From positions 1-45,791 of the forward strand of contig JAADVB010000155.1 in NCBI GenBank assembly GCA_023334545.1: a stretch of 45,791 nt of DNA, written 5' to 3'. The position numbers were made by a program, and so were the translations under genes. Below, one piece after another: positions 1 to 10,489 of the stretch (position 1 is its first letter; every line of letters starts with the position of its first letter). The notes beneath the pieces are model-generated. The model made no database searches. It was not told the origin of the DNA and saw nothing but the letters and a program-made list of their open reading frames with translations. This stretch comes from Salisapilia sapeloensis CBS 127946. Lineage: Eukaryota; Protista; Oomycota.

Positions 1-1
1 A

Positions 2-142
2 ACTGCACGTTTGATCCCTTCGGCGGTCCAGGCAGCGACTGTGCTGACCGTGAAAGGGGTCCGAATGCTTTCGGTAGGCGGTTACCAGATGGCCAAATAC
101 TTGTGGTGTCCAGCATCTTCATCGTACGACCTCACCGTTTAG
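2..142 (+). CDS. possible 3' end of a gene entering from the left edge (...VRMLSVGGYQMAKYLWCPASSSYDLTV*)
   Basis: Frame 2 is open from the edge to TAG at 140-142, then AT-rich UTR-like sequence follows. No recognisable motif. Confidence 0.25.
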   Translation, partial: TARLIPSAVQAATVLTVKGVRMLSVGGYQMAKYLWCPASSSYDLTV

Positions 143-540
143 CAGTTATGGTTGAGATGTACTTCATTTTCTTATTTGTTTCAAGTTCATTTCATTTGTA
201 TGCTTTGGACATGAATGAAGCATAGAACGAGTAGCGCTTTGAATTCTTAAATTCCCAAGGAAGGATAGTGGTCAACTTGTTTTATATTAGATTTTGCTGA
301 TAGTCCATATCGATGTCTGTTATCATGGAGAGGGCAGTAAATTGGGCAGTATAACTATGTTGATTTCTGAAATGCTTGTACGATGTATTTCATGTCTACT
401 AGGCAGCCTAGGACATTCATGTTTAGACTGTTTCTAGACCGGCTGCAAAGTACTTTTGTAGAAATTACGATTAAGGTAGTGCCTTAATCAACTAATGACA
501 ACTGCTTTGATCTCATAAAACCAAGTCGTTGTTGCCATTA

Positions 541-3060
541 TTATGCTTTCAACTGGTGCATGTTGGAATTCAGCTGCTCTACCATGGCCTTGGTTTCCTC
601 GATGAGCTGCTCCTCTGCCTTGAGCACGTCATGGCAGATACGTTTCTTTTCCTGAGGCAGGTGCGACGGCGACTTGGTCGTAATGTTCTTGGCCTCTCGC
701 GTGTCTCTTGTCTGCTTCAGTGCCTCTATCTGCAGTTGGGAGATCCGTGGCTGCAGTCTACGCATCTGCACAGCCATCCTTTCCAAGTCGGACCGATACT
801 GTCTCTCAGCTCTCGAAAGTCGTGGCTGGTTCTCCTTTAGGGCCTGGAGCACAGCCGCCGCTCTCTTGCGCAGGTTGCCCTGGATGGTCTGCGCCTTGGC
901 CACTTTCTCGTCCAGTTTCGTCATGTTGGTATGTAGCTGGCGTACTTGCGTCTGGAGATACGTGGCATTCTTCTTGTGGTTCTGGAGCATCTCTTGGTGG
1001 AGTTTGGATCTGTCCGACAGGATCTGGTCAAGCTCCTCCACGTACGCCACGTCTTCGTACAGAGCCTTGACTCTCTCTAAAATGAACTCTAAGATGCGAT
1101 CATCCACTTCATGCATCTTGGTCGATCCTTTCACTCGAATGCCTCGAGGTGCCAAGGCACTGGCCTTGTCCTCGACCACGTCCTCCAGACGCGTCAGTTC
1201 GTTCTTGGCGGAAGAAGACGGAGGAGGGGAGCTCTTGACTGGTCGAGAGAAGGTGGAGGTTCCTAGTGGACTCTTGTGTTCGTCCGCAGATCCGAAGAGG
1301 ACGCTACGGAGGAGGTTGCTGGAGGTGGCGCTGATGTTGAGAATGTCAAAGCTGCCAGAGTCGAGACGGAGGACCAAGAGATGGCCAAAGTCTACATTCT
1401 TAATGACGCTGGCGCCCACGACGCGACTGTCGACGGCAGGAGAGACGCTGAAGATGTGTCGGACGGGGCTCTTGGGAAGACTGGAAAAGTTTTTCCCGGC
1501 ACAGAGCTCCAGCGCCCAGCCGACGTTCAAGACGTGTATGCCAGAAGCGTAGGAGACGTAGACGAGTCTAGGGTCAGCAGGGTCTCTCATGAGCGTCGGG
1601 CTAGTGCCTTCCTGTGCTTCAAGTCCCAGGTCGATGGACTCGAGCAGCAGTCCAGAGACTTTGGACGAGATGCCGAGCTTGGACTGCTGCTCACTCTTCC
1701 ACTGGGGCTGGATAGGAGCGTCAGGAAGCACGAGTTCCACTAGGCCAGAGGAAAAGCTTCGGATGAGGACTGGAGGCAGGATGGCAGGCGACTGGCCCAA
1801 GAGACCAGGAGGCATGGCTAAAAGAGAGGTAGCAACTCCACTCCTCTGCTTGTCGTACTTGACAGACACATCGGACGTGTCGATAGGTCCTTGGATAGCC
1901 ACAGGCCAGGACTCGGCACTCACGCCCGTCTCGTGGGACGGCAGGAGCTTTGCCAAGCCCTTGGGTGTCGTCCGCCACGCCTCCTGCAGCCAGAACTTGT
2001 GCGACTTGAGCTTGGCGATGGACGCTCGAAGCGTCTTCTCCGACGTGGACGGACGCTGGGTGGACCTCTTGCTCTGGACACCGACCAAGGCTCCGCCTGT
2101 CGTGGACGTGTGGCGGAGGTCGGATATGGCCTGCTCCTCCTCGAGCTTCGCGCGTTGGATAGCCAGCTGGGCAGACACTTCGGAGCGCAGAGAGGAGAGT
2201 ACGTTGGCCTGGATGTGGCAGCCGGATGGGACGATGGGACAGAGAGCGTAGATGGTGCCGTCGGACCTGAGGACGTAGCAGGTGAAGATCTCCCAGAGAC
2301 CCAGCTGATGCTGTTTGGTGGAGAACGCAGATGGGTGGAAGCAAAAGGAGGTGGCGGCAGGACGATAGCGAGAGGAAGAGTTAGCGTCGGCGTCGTCAAA
2401 GTCGAGCGCATAGGTCTGCTCTGGCGTAGACGGATCCTCCTGGACGTTGAAGAGAAGCAGCTCGTCTCCATCAGTCAGGACCATGGCGTGATGTGGAGAG
2501 AGTGGGTGCCATGCGACGTGGTTGACGCCTCCAAAGTAGCCCACTTGATCCAGACTACTAGAGCCCATTTCTTTCGATACAGCAGCAACCTTCTTGGACG
2601 TAGAGAGACCTTTAGCGCCTAGTACCTGCATCACTTGGTCATTGGGAGGAGTGCTAGAGTATGCTGTTTCTGTCGTAAAGGCCTGGACACTTCCGTCGTC
2701 CAAGTGAGCTGCAAAGGCGGTGGTTGGCGTGGAGGCCGAAGGAGGCAGTTGGACTGCACGGACGCGCTGTCGGCTCTGGAGTAAGACATAGGATCCAGAG
2801 GCGTTGACTCGGATGCTCTCGATCTGCGATAGCTCGTCGGGCGAGAGAGGTGGCTGGAGAGACACGTGCTCCAACGATTGCGTGCTCTGGAAGAGTGGCA
2901 CGAGGTACAGGCGACTCGGGTCGTTGCCTAGGAGCACCATTCTGCCGGAGCTGTCCATGTCAAAGGTTCTGTAGTGTTGCTTGGGGCCAGCAGAAGGCGG
3001 CAGGACGGCTCCTGCGAGCTGCAAAGCCTTCTCGAGCTCCCACTCGCCTTCCTTGCTCAT
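541..3060 (-). CDS. NUP88: nucleoporin Nup88/Nup82 family protein
   Basis: 855-aa ORF; likely start MSKEGEW at ATG 3060. The beta-propeller-like N-terminus has the Nup82/88-type segments VAWHPLSPHHAMVLTDGDELLLFNV and CYVLRSDGTIYALCPIVP, followed by a long C-terminal coiled coil. Confidence 0.8.
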   Translation of the reverse strand: MSKEGEWELEKALQLAGAVLPPSAGPKQHYRTFDMDSSGRMVLLGNDPSRLYLVPLFQSTQSLEHVSLQPPLSPDELSQIESIRVNASGSYVLLQSRQRVRAVQLPPSASTPTTAFAAHLDDGSVQAFTTETAYSSTPPNDQVMQVLGAKGLSTSKKVAAVSKEMGSSSLDQVGYFGGVNHVAWHPLSPHHAMVLTDGDELLLFNVQEDPSTPEQTYALDFDDADANSSSRYRPAATSFCFHPSAFSTKQHQLGLWEIFTCYVLRSDGTIYALCPIVPSGCHIQANVLSSLRSEVSAQLAIQRAKLEEEQAISDLRHTSTTGGALVGVQSKRSTQRPSTSEKTLRASIAKLKSHKFWLQEAWRTTPKGLAKLLPSHETGVSAESWPVAIQGPIDTSDVSVKYDKQRSGVATSLLAMPPGLLGQSPAILPPVLIRSFSSGLVELVLPDAPIQPQWKSEQQSKLGISSKVSGLLLESIDLGLEAQEGTSPTLMRDPADPRLVYVSYASGIHVLNVGWALELCAGKNFSSLPKSPVRHIFSVSPAVDSRVVGASVIKNVDFGHLLVLRLDSGSFDILNISATSSNLLRSVLFGSADEHKSPLGTSTFSRPVKSSPPPSSSAKNELTRLEDVVEDKASALAPRGIRVKGSTKMHEVDDRILEFILERVKALYEDVAYVEELDQILSDRSKLHQEMLQNHKKNATYLQTQVRQLHTNMTKLDEKVAKAQTIQGNLRKRAAAVLQALKENQPRLSRAERQYRSDLERMAVQMRRLQPRISQLQIEALKQTRDTREAKNITTKSPSHLPQEKKRICHDVLKAEEQLIEETKAMVEQLNSNMHQLKA

Positions 3061-5399
3061 GCTTGTGCGTTTGATCGGTCTGGTGTGAAGTGACAACGAT
3101 TGGTGCAAAGTACTGTTTTTGCACGATTTTGATCGAATCGGAGCGGAGTGGAAACTTGGGCGAGATACTTGTCATGGACGCGAGTACTCTTCAAGGCTAT
3201 CTGCCTTATTGATCTAAAGCTAGGTGTGTGGAAGATCATATCGTTTGGATGGTGTGTTGGATTCTAGTGTTGACGACGTTTGTCGAGCTATCAGGCTACT
3301 CCGATCTCTTTCTTTTATTAGACTCGGATGTGAAGAGACGAGCTGCAGTCTTGAAAGTCTCTTTAAGAGTATTCGCACTGCATATGTCTAAACAGAGCCT
3401 TCACACGTCAGGATGGCTTTCATAACCGGTAGCTACTACTGTGAGGAAATAGCCCCGCTAAGCTACAGCAAAGTCACTTTTTAAAAGCATCAAGCATCAT
3501 TCATAGTAGCTACAGATGTCAACGAGTACTCAAGTATGTAGCTATATCGTCTTATACTGCGAAAGATTTGTATTTGTTGCGCAGATAGGCAAGTCGCATT
3601 CTATAAATACAAGCTTTAAAAAGACTCACCCATAGTGCCAGTTTCTACTTTCTAAGCAAGACTTGCTGTATTATGATTCTTTGTTTTGCTGAAGAGATAG
3701 TATAGAGCTAGATTTGTTGCTGTAAGAGGAGCTTCTCTGATAAAATACAGCCTAGTTCAAGCTCTACCATCTTTCCGCCTTTGGTAAGCAAAATAGTCGA
3801 ATCGCTATGAAGTACTTGTTACATTCGATAATTCCTAGGGAAACATGGCATTATGCTATATTCATGGGGTACGCAACGTTCATATTGGATTATGTGAGAG
3901 GCTTTCATGTAGACTTCCAGCATCTACCAAATGATTCCAATTTCATTTACATGGATAAAGTTACTTTCTTTGAAGTGTACGCTGAAGATCTGAAGGCCTG
4001 TACAAAGCAGATATTAACAAAGACTCCGGTCATTTATGTCAGCATCAGAGTTCTCTTGTCTGTCATGCTTTATGTAGAGGTCTTCAAGCTATTTGCGCTA
4101 GAGAGTAGTTGAGTCGCTGAATGTGCATTGCCGACCTACTTTTAGAACAAAGGCTTATCTCGATTTATTTTCAGATAGACACGCTTGGGCTACATGATGG
4201 GAATGCTCGAGACGATGAGGTGTACAATCACATACATTAGTTTTGTGCCAACATGGCTAAGGAATATCGATTTTCATTTCGTACAAGCTCCTATGTCTCA
4301 CTACGGTAGTAGCTTGATCATTAACAACTAGTTTGCGAATTATGAAAGCATTGGAGAGCTTTAGCAGCCTCTAGGGTAGATCAAAATATCCAAGTGTATT
4401 GAATGTAGATCAACAACTTGGCACTTCTACCCATGCTCGACTTAGGATATATTACCATCGGCAGAAATAGCGAATACCGTGATGTACATCACACATCGTG
4501 AGTAACCCGAGTAAATGTTTCATCTCCAAACAAACAAGCTAGTATCAGTAGCATTACATGAACACTCAGCGCAGCAAATTTTCCGCATTGCACGATGTAC
4601 GTATTGTTCGCATCACGACGAATTTCAAGTGTCTGCTAAAAGTGATATCGTTGAGGCAGAAGAGGACATGGAAAGGGTCGCTTAAAAGAATCTGCTTGTA
4701 CTATTTCATGCGTCTAGCCAGGTTCGGCGAGCGAACAGATCTTTTATCTGTTTGTGCTGCCGAAGATGTAACATGCTTGTTTATGCCACTCAACCGTGTA
4801 ATGAACAAACTCCAAGTAAATGCTCGCTTGCATTTCCATACGATTGCATGTAAGTTATCGGGTACTACGAATACATCAACCGATTTCGTTTTCAAGCTAC
4901 ATGCAGTTTAAAGCAACGATTTTTGTAGCACCTACATGGATCACAATCAACCTCTAGCGAGGTACGAGCAAAGATTACTCAGCTCTAGACCTGCTTCCTT
5001 ACGGATGTCTTGACGCTTTTGACGCGAGAGCATTCGGTGTAAATACACATTCATCTGTCCATCGACGCTCCCCTGATGTTAACAAAGTGAAGCCGAATGA
5101 TATCCATCCAATTTCTGCTTCTCTACGCTTCTCATTCCATGATCTCATCGGTTTCATTCGGATCTTGTGGAAGCGCGAGGATGAGCATGTCCCAAGTTCC
5201 CGCGAAATGACGCCGCTAGTACGCAAACGAATGACGATTAAGTCCTTATCCCACACAAGAGTTCCTTCAAGAACCTCGTCTGAACCAAATGGAAACTTGG
5301 AGACAATTACAAGAGCCCGTTATCTCGACTACTACCTTTTACCCTCAACTCAATACACAACGCGAGACTCTTGACTGCATGTCATTGTCACATTAGAAA

Positions 5400-8300
5400 C
5401 TAAACAGGTAGCGACAAGTGGTCTTTGGCTCTCTGGAGCTGTTCTTGCGAGACGCCTCGTGGGACCATGGCACTGTCGAGTAGCGCAGCAGCATCATAGG
5501 AGCCTCCTTCCGCAAACGTCCGTGTCGAGTGGTCGCACACAAAGCAGCCAAGACTCTTTTCCACTGCGCTCAGGTCGCCCATGTCCACGACCTCTGCCTT
5601 CTTCCACATCCGCAGTCTCTCCGACAGACACGACAGGTGGTACGTATGCCCACACTCAAAGACAGCGGCATGACTCGCATGCGCCACTTGCGATCCGGAC
5701 GGCGCCGTGGGTTTCAGTGGTTCGAGACACAGGCAGCAGACGGCGCGTGCCTGGACATGCCTAGCGCGTCTATTCCTCTGCACTTGTTTCCGCAGCAAGT
5801 CGTTGCGATCATGCTGCAGCACCTTGGTCGCACCGTCACATAGATGCTGTTGGATGCGGTAGTTGGACAGGAGATCCAGGAGTTTGGTCTTGAGGTCGTC
5901 GATCTCGATGTTCGAAGGGAGTTTCTTAAGCAGTTGGATCGGATCGATCTGGTGCTCCAGAGCGAATTGGAACAGGACGTGGACATTGTCCTTGTTCGTG
6001 AGACTGGCGTCGAGAAGGTAGTCCCATAGACTCGGGTCGTGGTCCTGCACGAACTGGATGGCTTGCTGGATGTCCTGCTTTTGCGTCAGTATGAGATCCA
6101 CGGCCTTCTTCTTCTCTCCCAAGCGTCCTAGGATGTAGATCATAGCTTCCCACTGCGGAGGCTCTTGCTTCGAGCAGAGATCGTAGGCTTCCTGCAGCGG
6201 GACGACCGTGCTCGTCTGGAGGAAGTGCAGCAGGTTGTCCGGATCGAACTGCGCATACAGCTGCACCTGTCTAGCGTGCAGAGGCGCGTGCACTTCCGTG
6301 TTGTACATTTTAAAGTGGTGGAGGAAGACCTGGTGCAGGTATAAGTGCATCGCTTCTAGGTCGTCTTCCAGTTGCTGCACGACGTCTCGTATCGGCAGCT
6401 GCTCCGTCTGGTTGCTCAGCATCCGGATGGCTGCGTGTCGGTCCAGCTGGAGGAGACTTGGGACCTTGTGCTTGACGAGTGTCCAAAGCTGGTGCTCTGA
6501 GATGAGGCGGAAGGCCTTGTCTTTTTGCGTGCAGAGGGGGCCTTGGCTCAAGTAGATGCGCAAAGCTTGGTCCGGCTGGTCTGTTGCGGCGTAGAGCTCT
6601 GCCAGTGCCTCGAGCAGACACGACGTCTCCATACTCGGACTGGTCGCCTCGGACGTCCTCCTCCGCCGGATGCTCAGCTGCAGCTTGTCGATCCACTTGG
6701 CCGGGTCGTACAGAGGCTCAAAAACGTGTGTCTGGCCATCAGTGTACTCTGTCCGGACGACCTGCGTCTCGTCCTGTGCCCTCGGCGTCGGCCACTTTTG
6801 GATCAGGTCGAGGAGAGTGGACGGGTCGGCGTCGAGGAAGTGGGAGAGCACCATCTCGTAGACGGCGACTGGGAGCCGCGGACTGGCCGTCGGGATCTGC
6901 CTCGCGATGGCGCCGAGCTGGTTCTTCTGACTGAAGACGTACACATACTTTTCCCACATCTCTCCGTATTCGTCTCCTACGAGCAGTCGCTTGATCTCGT
7001 CCGCAGCCTTCTGGAAGTGCTTGCTGCCGATCAAGTCGGCAATGTACTTTTCCATTAGGTCTTGCAGCGAAGTCGAGTGGAGAGACGACGGGTCTCTCAA
7101 CGCCAAGTCCAGCGCCTGGCTAAAGTCCTGTCGGTCGAGCGCGTACTGGACTCTGTCGTCGACGTCTCTCGTGCGACACAAGACGACGTCCTTGGGGGTA
7201 CACAGATAGGCCAGTCGCCCGATGCCAGACTCCTCTAGCCTCGTGTAGTTCGAGAGAGCACTGTCGGGGAGATACTGGAGACTCGGCATCTTATAGTCCG
7301 ATGCACGGAGGCGCTGGTAGCCCTTGAGCCGCAGTAAGTCCGCTGCGAGCTGCTTGCCGTCGAGTCCGACGACGTGGACCTCTGGCAGCGGCATCTCGGC
7401 GCTCTCGCCCTCTCCTTCGACCTGTCGCTGGTCTCTGGAAGAGTTCACGGACGTCGAACCAGGAGGACGGAAGGCGAGGAGGCAGACGGCGTGGTCTCCC
7501 CACGGACTCAGGCCGGACAGAAAGAAATCAAAGGAAAGCAACGCGCCGATCTCTGCCTTGATACTAGAACTTTCACTCGAGCTAAAGTCTTGCGGCGTGT
7601 CGAGTGTCGTGGGGGACACGGGCGTGTCGACTGAGCTAAAGGTCACGACGCGGAGCGTATGCGCCCACCCGATGAGCAAGACGCCGGGCTTGTGCCAGAC
7701 TAAATGACATCGACAGAGCTCGATCGGAGGGCAGTTCGGAGGCTTTTCGAGGTACGTCACGCGCTGTTCTCGCACCGTGTCGTAGACCTTGACGCCAAAG
7801 TCGTTGGCCCAGGCCAAGAGTCCGTTCTTCCACGCGATGCTTTGGATCGGCCCCTCTCCTTCATGCAGCGTCGTCTCTCGGTCGATGATCCACCCTCGAC
7901 GATTCAGCATCAACTGCCCAGACACGCCGCCGCAGCAAAAGTTCCGCTCGCGCTTGACGGCGTACTCGTCTTCGAGCTGGACGCTGTAGATGGCGCTAAA
8001 GTAGTTGTACACGTTCACTTCTCCACCGGAGGAGAGGTGAGAGCTGCGTGAACTGACAGCGTCTGGAGGCTGAGCAGGAGACGACGCGTGGGGGCGGAGG
8101 GCCGACGGCGTCTCGGCCGCTGGTGCGAGTGAGATGGACGCGACGGTGCCGTCATCCGAGCACGAGGCAATGTGCTTTCCCGTCTCGTCGATGTAGACGT
8201 GGTTGACCTTTTTATAGTGCTGATGCAAGCGACGTAGGAAGCGTCCATCGAGCTCTAGGAGCAGGACGCTCCCCTTGTAGGTCCCGACGCAGCAGAAGTC

Positions 8301-8458
8301 GACATGGAGAGCGATGCAGCTGAGAGAATCGTCTTTGAAGATGGCTTGGAAGTGTCCTCCGACACGTTCGTACTTGAGCAGCGGCTCTACTTCTGTCTAG
8401 GGCACAGGTGAGGCATGGATAGGGAGGTGGAGGGGGAAGGAGGTACCTCTTCCGTCAT
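5400..8458 (-). CDS. VPS41: vacuolar protein sorting 41 (HOPS subunit), 2 exons: 8458-8447, 8396-5400 (~1002 aa)
   Basis: The frame stays open upstream of the listed ORF and gives EPLLKYERVGG...IALHVDFCCVGTY, the Vps41 N-terminal signature. A 50-nt GT..TAG intron (8446-8397) joins the ATG exon in frame. WD40 region, clathrin heavy-chain-like repeat and C-terminal RING-H2 (CCLC...CGHTYHLSC...CFVC) are present. Confidence 0.93.
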
Positions 8459-8706
8459 GCTGATTCGTATCTGAGTCCGAGGGTATTAATTACAGACTGC
8501 CATGCGCATCTTGAGCAGGCGGAAGGGCGATGCGGCTGGGAGCATGTTCGTGGCGTAGGTTCAGTCGACAGCAGATGGAAAGAGCTCCTGGCGTGCTCTG
8601 CTTCGGCGAAGGCGCCGCGATCCTTGAGCCTTGCGCGACATGTTGAAGGTCCTGGCATACTGAGTCCAAGTCTATTTATAGCATCGGGAGCTGGCTGGCC
8701 ACTCGA

Positions 8707-8720
8707 TCATTTCTGTTTTT
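8707..8720 (+). promoter_or_regulatory. oomycete INR+FPR core promoter (TCATTTCTGTTTTT)
   Basis: Exact match to TCATTYBNNNWTTY, ending 17 nt before ATG 8738. Confidence 0.55.
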
Positions 8721-8737
8721 CCAACAAAGACTGCAGC

Positions 8738-9055
8738 ATGCGCCGGAACTTTGGCTCCTTGAATCTCCACGCGCTCGACTCGGAGCATGTGGACGGACCT
8801 GTTGTGGACACCTCGGATGCCGGATGTCCGATGGAGGAGATGGTGGTCGCACCGGAAAACGATTTGCTCCAGCGACTGGAAATCCAGCTCGTACTCCAGG
8901 ACCAACAGCCTCTCCTCAGGTCGTACACATTCGCAAATGACGTAGAAGACTGTCATCGGATGAAAATGGCGGTCACGAGAAAACATGTACCCGTCGCAGC
9001 GCCGAGGCCACTGCATCTGGACAGATTATGCCTCCGAAGTGTCCAGAGCGTCTAG
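8738..9055 (+). CDS. small hypothetical protein (~105 aa, MRRNFGSLNLHALDSE...)
   Basis: Part of ORF 8624-9055 with coding-like codon usage from ATG 8738. It is preceded by an INR+FPR match and is divergent from VPS41. Extra exons cannot be excluded. Confidence 0.5.
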   Translation: MRRNFGSLNLHALDSEHVDGPVVDTSDAGCPMEEMVVAPENDLLQRLEIQLVLQDQQPLLRSYTFANDVEDCHRMKMAVTRKHVPVAAPRPLHLDRLCLRSVQSV

Positions 9056-9310
9056 CTGACTCTAATTTACCAATGCATGCATCTTCATTATCTATCTCCG
9101 TGCCGCATCCACTTCCGAAGCGAAGGGGCATGTACCAGATGGGTACGACTTTTCTCTTTTCTTTTTCTTTTGACAAACTCCGTCTCTTCTGCAGAAACAT
9201 CCCCATTCTACACCAACTCTTTTTTACACTACAGCTGAATACTGCAGAATGACAGAGAATAGGAAGAACAGGGTGTAAAATATACAAGGACAATCGAGCG
9301 CTGGCACGTC

Positions 9311-10204
9311 ATGGCGGAGGTCCAGAGGCGCTTGGACATGGACATGGCCATGGCCTTGCAGGACGGAGAGAACGGGCTGGCGGATGAGGATGTGCCGAGC
9401 GTGGAAGAGCTGCTGCTAGAGGTCGGCCGACTACATGAAACAGTGCAGTCGCTGAATGGAGGCGACCAAACGTTCTCGGATCCATTGTCTGACGACTTTG
9501 GTCGGCACCTTCGCCCGACCTTGTCGCTCACGAGCATCGGGTCCAATGATCGTGACAGCGTTCTCTCGTCTCCGCTCAAGGACGACATGTCCGACACGTC
9601 CAGCTTTGGACTGCGGACGCCACCTCGAGCTCGACACCCGGCAGCACTCCGACACTCGAACACAGCGCCAAGGGGCATGCGTGTGGGAGCCTTGACGAAA
9701 GAGAATATATCGCTCTTGCCCCGTCCGCTTCCTCGGAGCACACCAAACCGACCTGGGTCTACGGCTGGGTCGCAAAAGTCTCGGACATCTGCTAGGACGG
9801 ACGGCGGCGCCGTGTTCTCCAGGTTGTATCAGCCAGATTACTACAAGAAGAGAGAAGCGAAGATGCAGACGATTCGAGACCGACGAGAGAGCTTGCAGGG
9901 GAACGCGAGTCTCCCTCGGACTGCATCGCACCGACGCAACTCGATCGAGTCGAGAGGGTCCATGGGGTCCATGGACTCTGCCAAGACCGACTCTGCAGGC
10001 GTCTCCAGTCGACTGTATGACCCAGACTACGTTCGGAAGCGGAATGCGAAATTGAGTCGGATGAAAGAGCAGCGTGATCTGCGCGACTGTACCTTTACGC
10101 CGGACATTGGCTCCTCTTCCCGTCGTCAGTCAGACTTTGGAACTATATCTCGTCGCCAGTCGGACATTGGCACTATCAATCGCTCTATCCGTAAGAACAC
10201 GTAG
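9311..10204 (+). CDS. hypothetical Ser/Arg-rich protein with two SRLY-x-PDY motifs and a CTFTP motif
   Basis: 297-aa ORF with coding-like composition. The frame is open from 9263, just after a TAG, so an upstream exon is possible but unresolved. Confidence 0.7.
   Translation: MAEVQRRLDMDMAMALQDGENGLADEDVPSVEELLLEVGRLHETVQSLNGGDQTFSDPLSDDFGRHLRPTLSLTSIGSNDRDSVLSSPLKDDMSDTSSFGLRTPPRARHPAALRHSNTAPRGMRVGALTKENISLLPRPLPRSTPNRPGSTAGSQKSRTSARTDGGAVFSRLYQPDYYKKREAKMQTIRDRRESLQGNASLPRTASHRRNSIESRGSMGSMDSAKTDSAGVSSRLYDPDYVRKRNAKLSRMKEQRDLRDCTFTPDIGSSSRRQSDFGTISRRQSDIGTINRSIRKNT
10121..10180 (+). repeat. 30-bp tandem duplication (RRQSDFGTIS / RRQSDIGTIN)
   Basis: cgtcgtcagtcagactttggaactatatct is followed directly by cgtcgccagtcggacattggcactatcaat. 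Confidence 0.8.
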
Positions 10205-10489
10205 CAGAGGAGACACTAAGCGAAGACAAGTACAGGATGGACTTGCATGCGTACCACTATTGTACCATTTATATGTACCAGTGTCCCTATTCTAGTTTCT
10301 TGCTCGTCCTTTGCCTCCTGCTTCCACCAAAGTTGTCTCTATCGATGTATCAGATACTTTTATCTACAGGATGCTTGTGGTAGTGTACGAGGTAAAAATG
10401 TATGCTTGATGATAAGCTGTTGCGCCTTAGTCTATCCGACTAAACCTACTCCCTTGACATAATCTGCACCAAGCCATCGGTCGGACGAG

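Noticed and set aside
674-2622. Several plus-strand ORFs of 120-292 aa
   Set aside because: They are antisense shadows of NUP88 in GC-rich coding DNA, with no motifs.
3807-4112. 101-aa plus ORF in the AT-rich gap
   Set aside because: No recognisable family, and the codon usage is unlike neighbouring genes.
8590-8625. GTGCTCTGCTTCGGCG resembling the U6 snRNA 5' end
   Set aside because: Similarity stops after a few bases and no ACAGAGA box follows in register.
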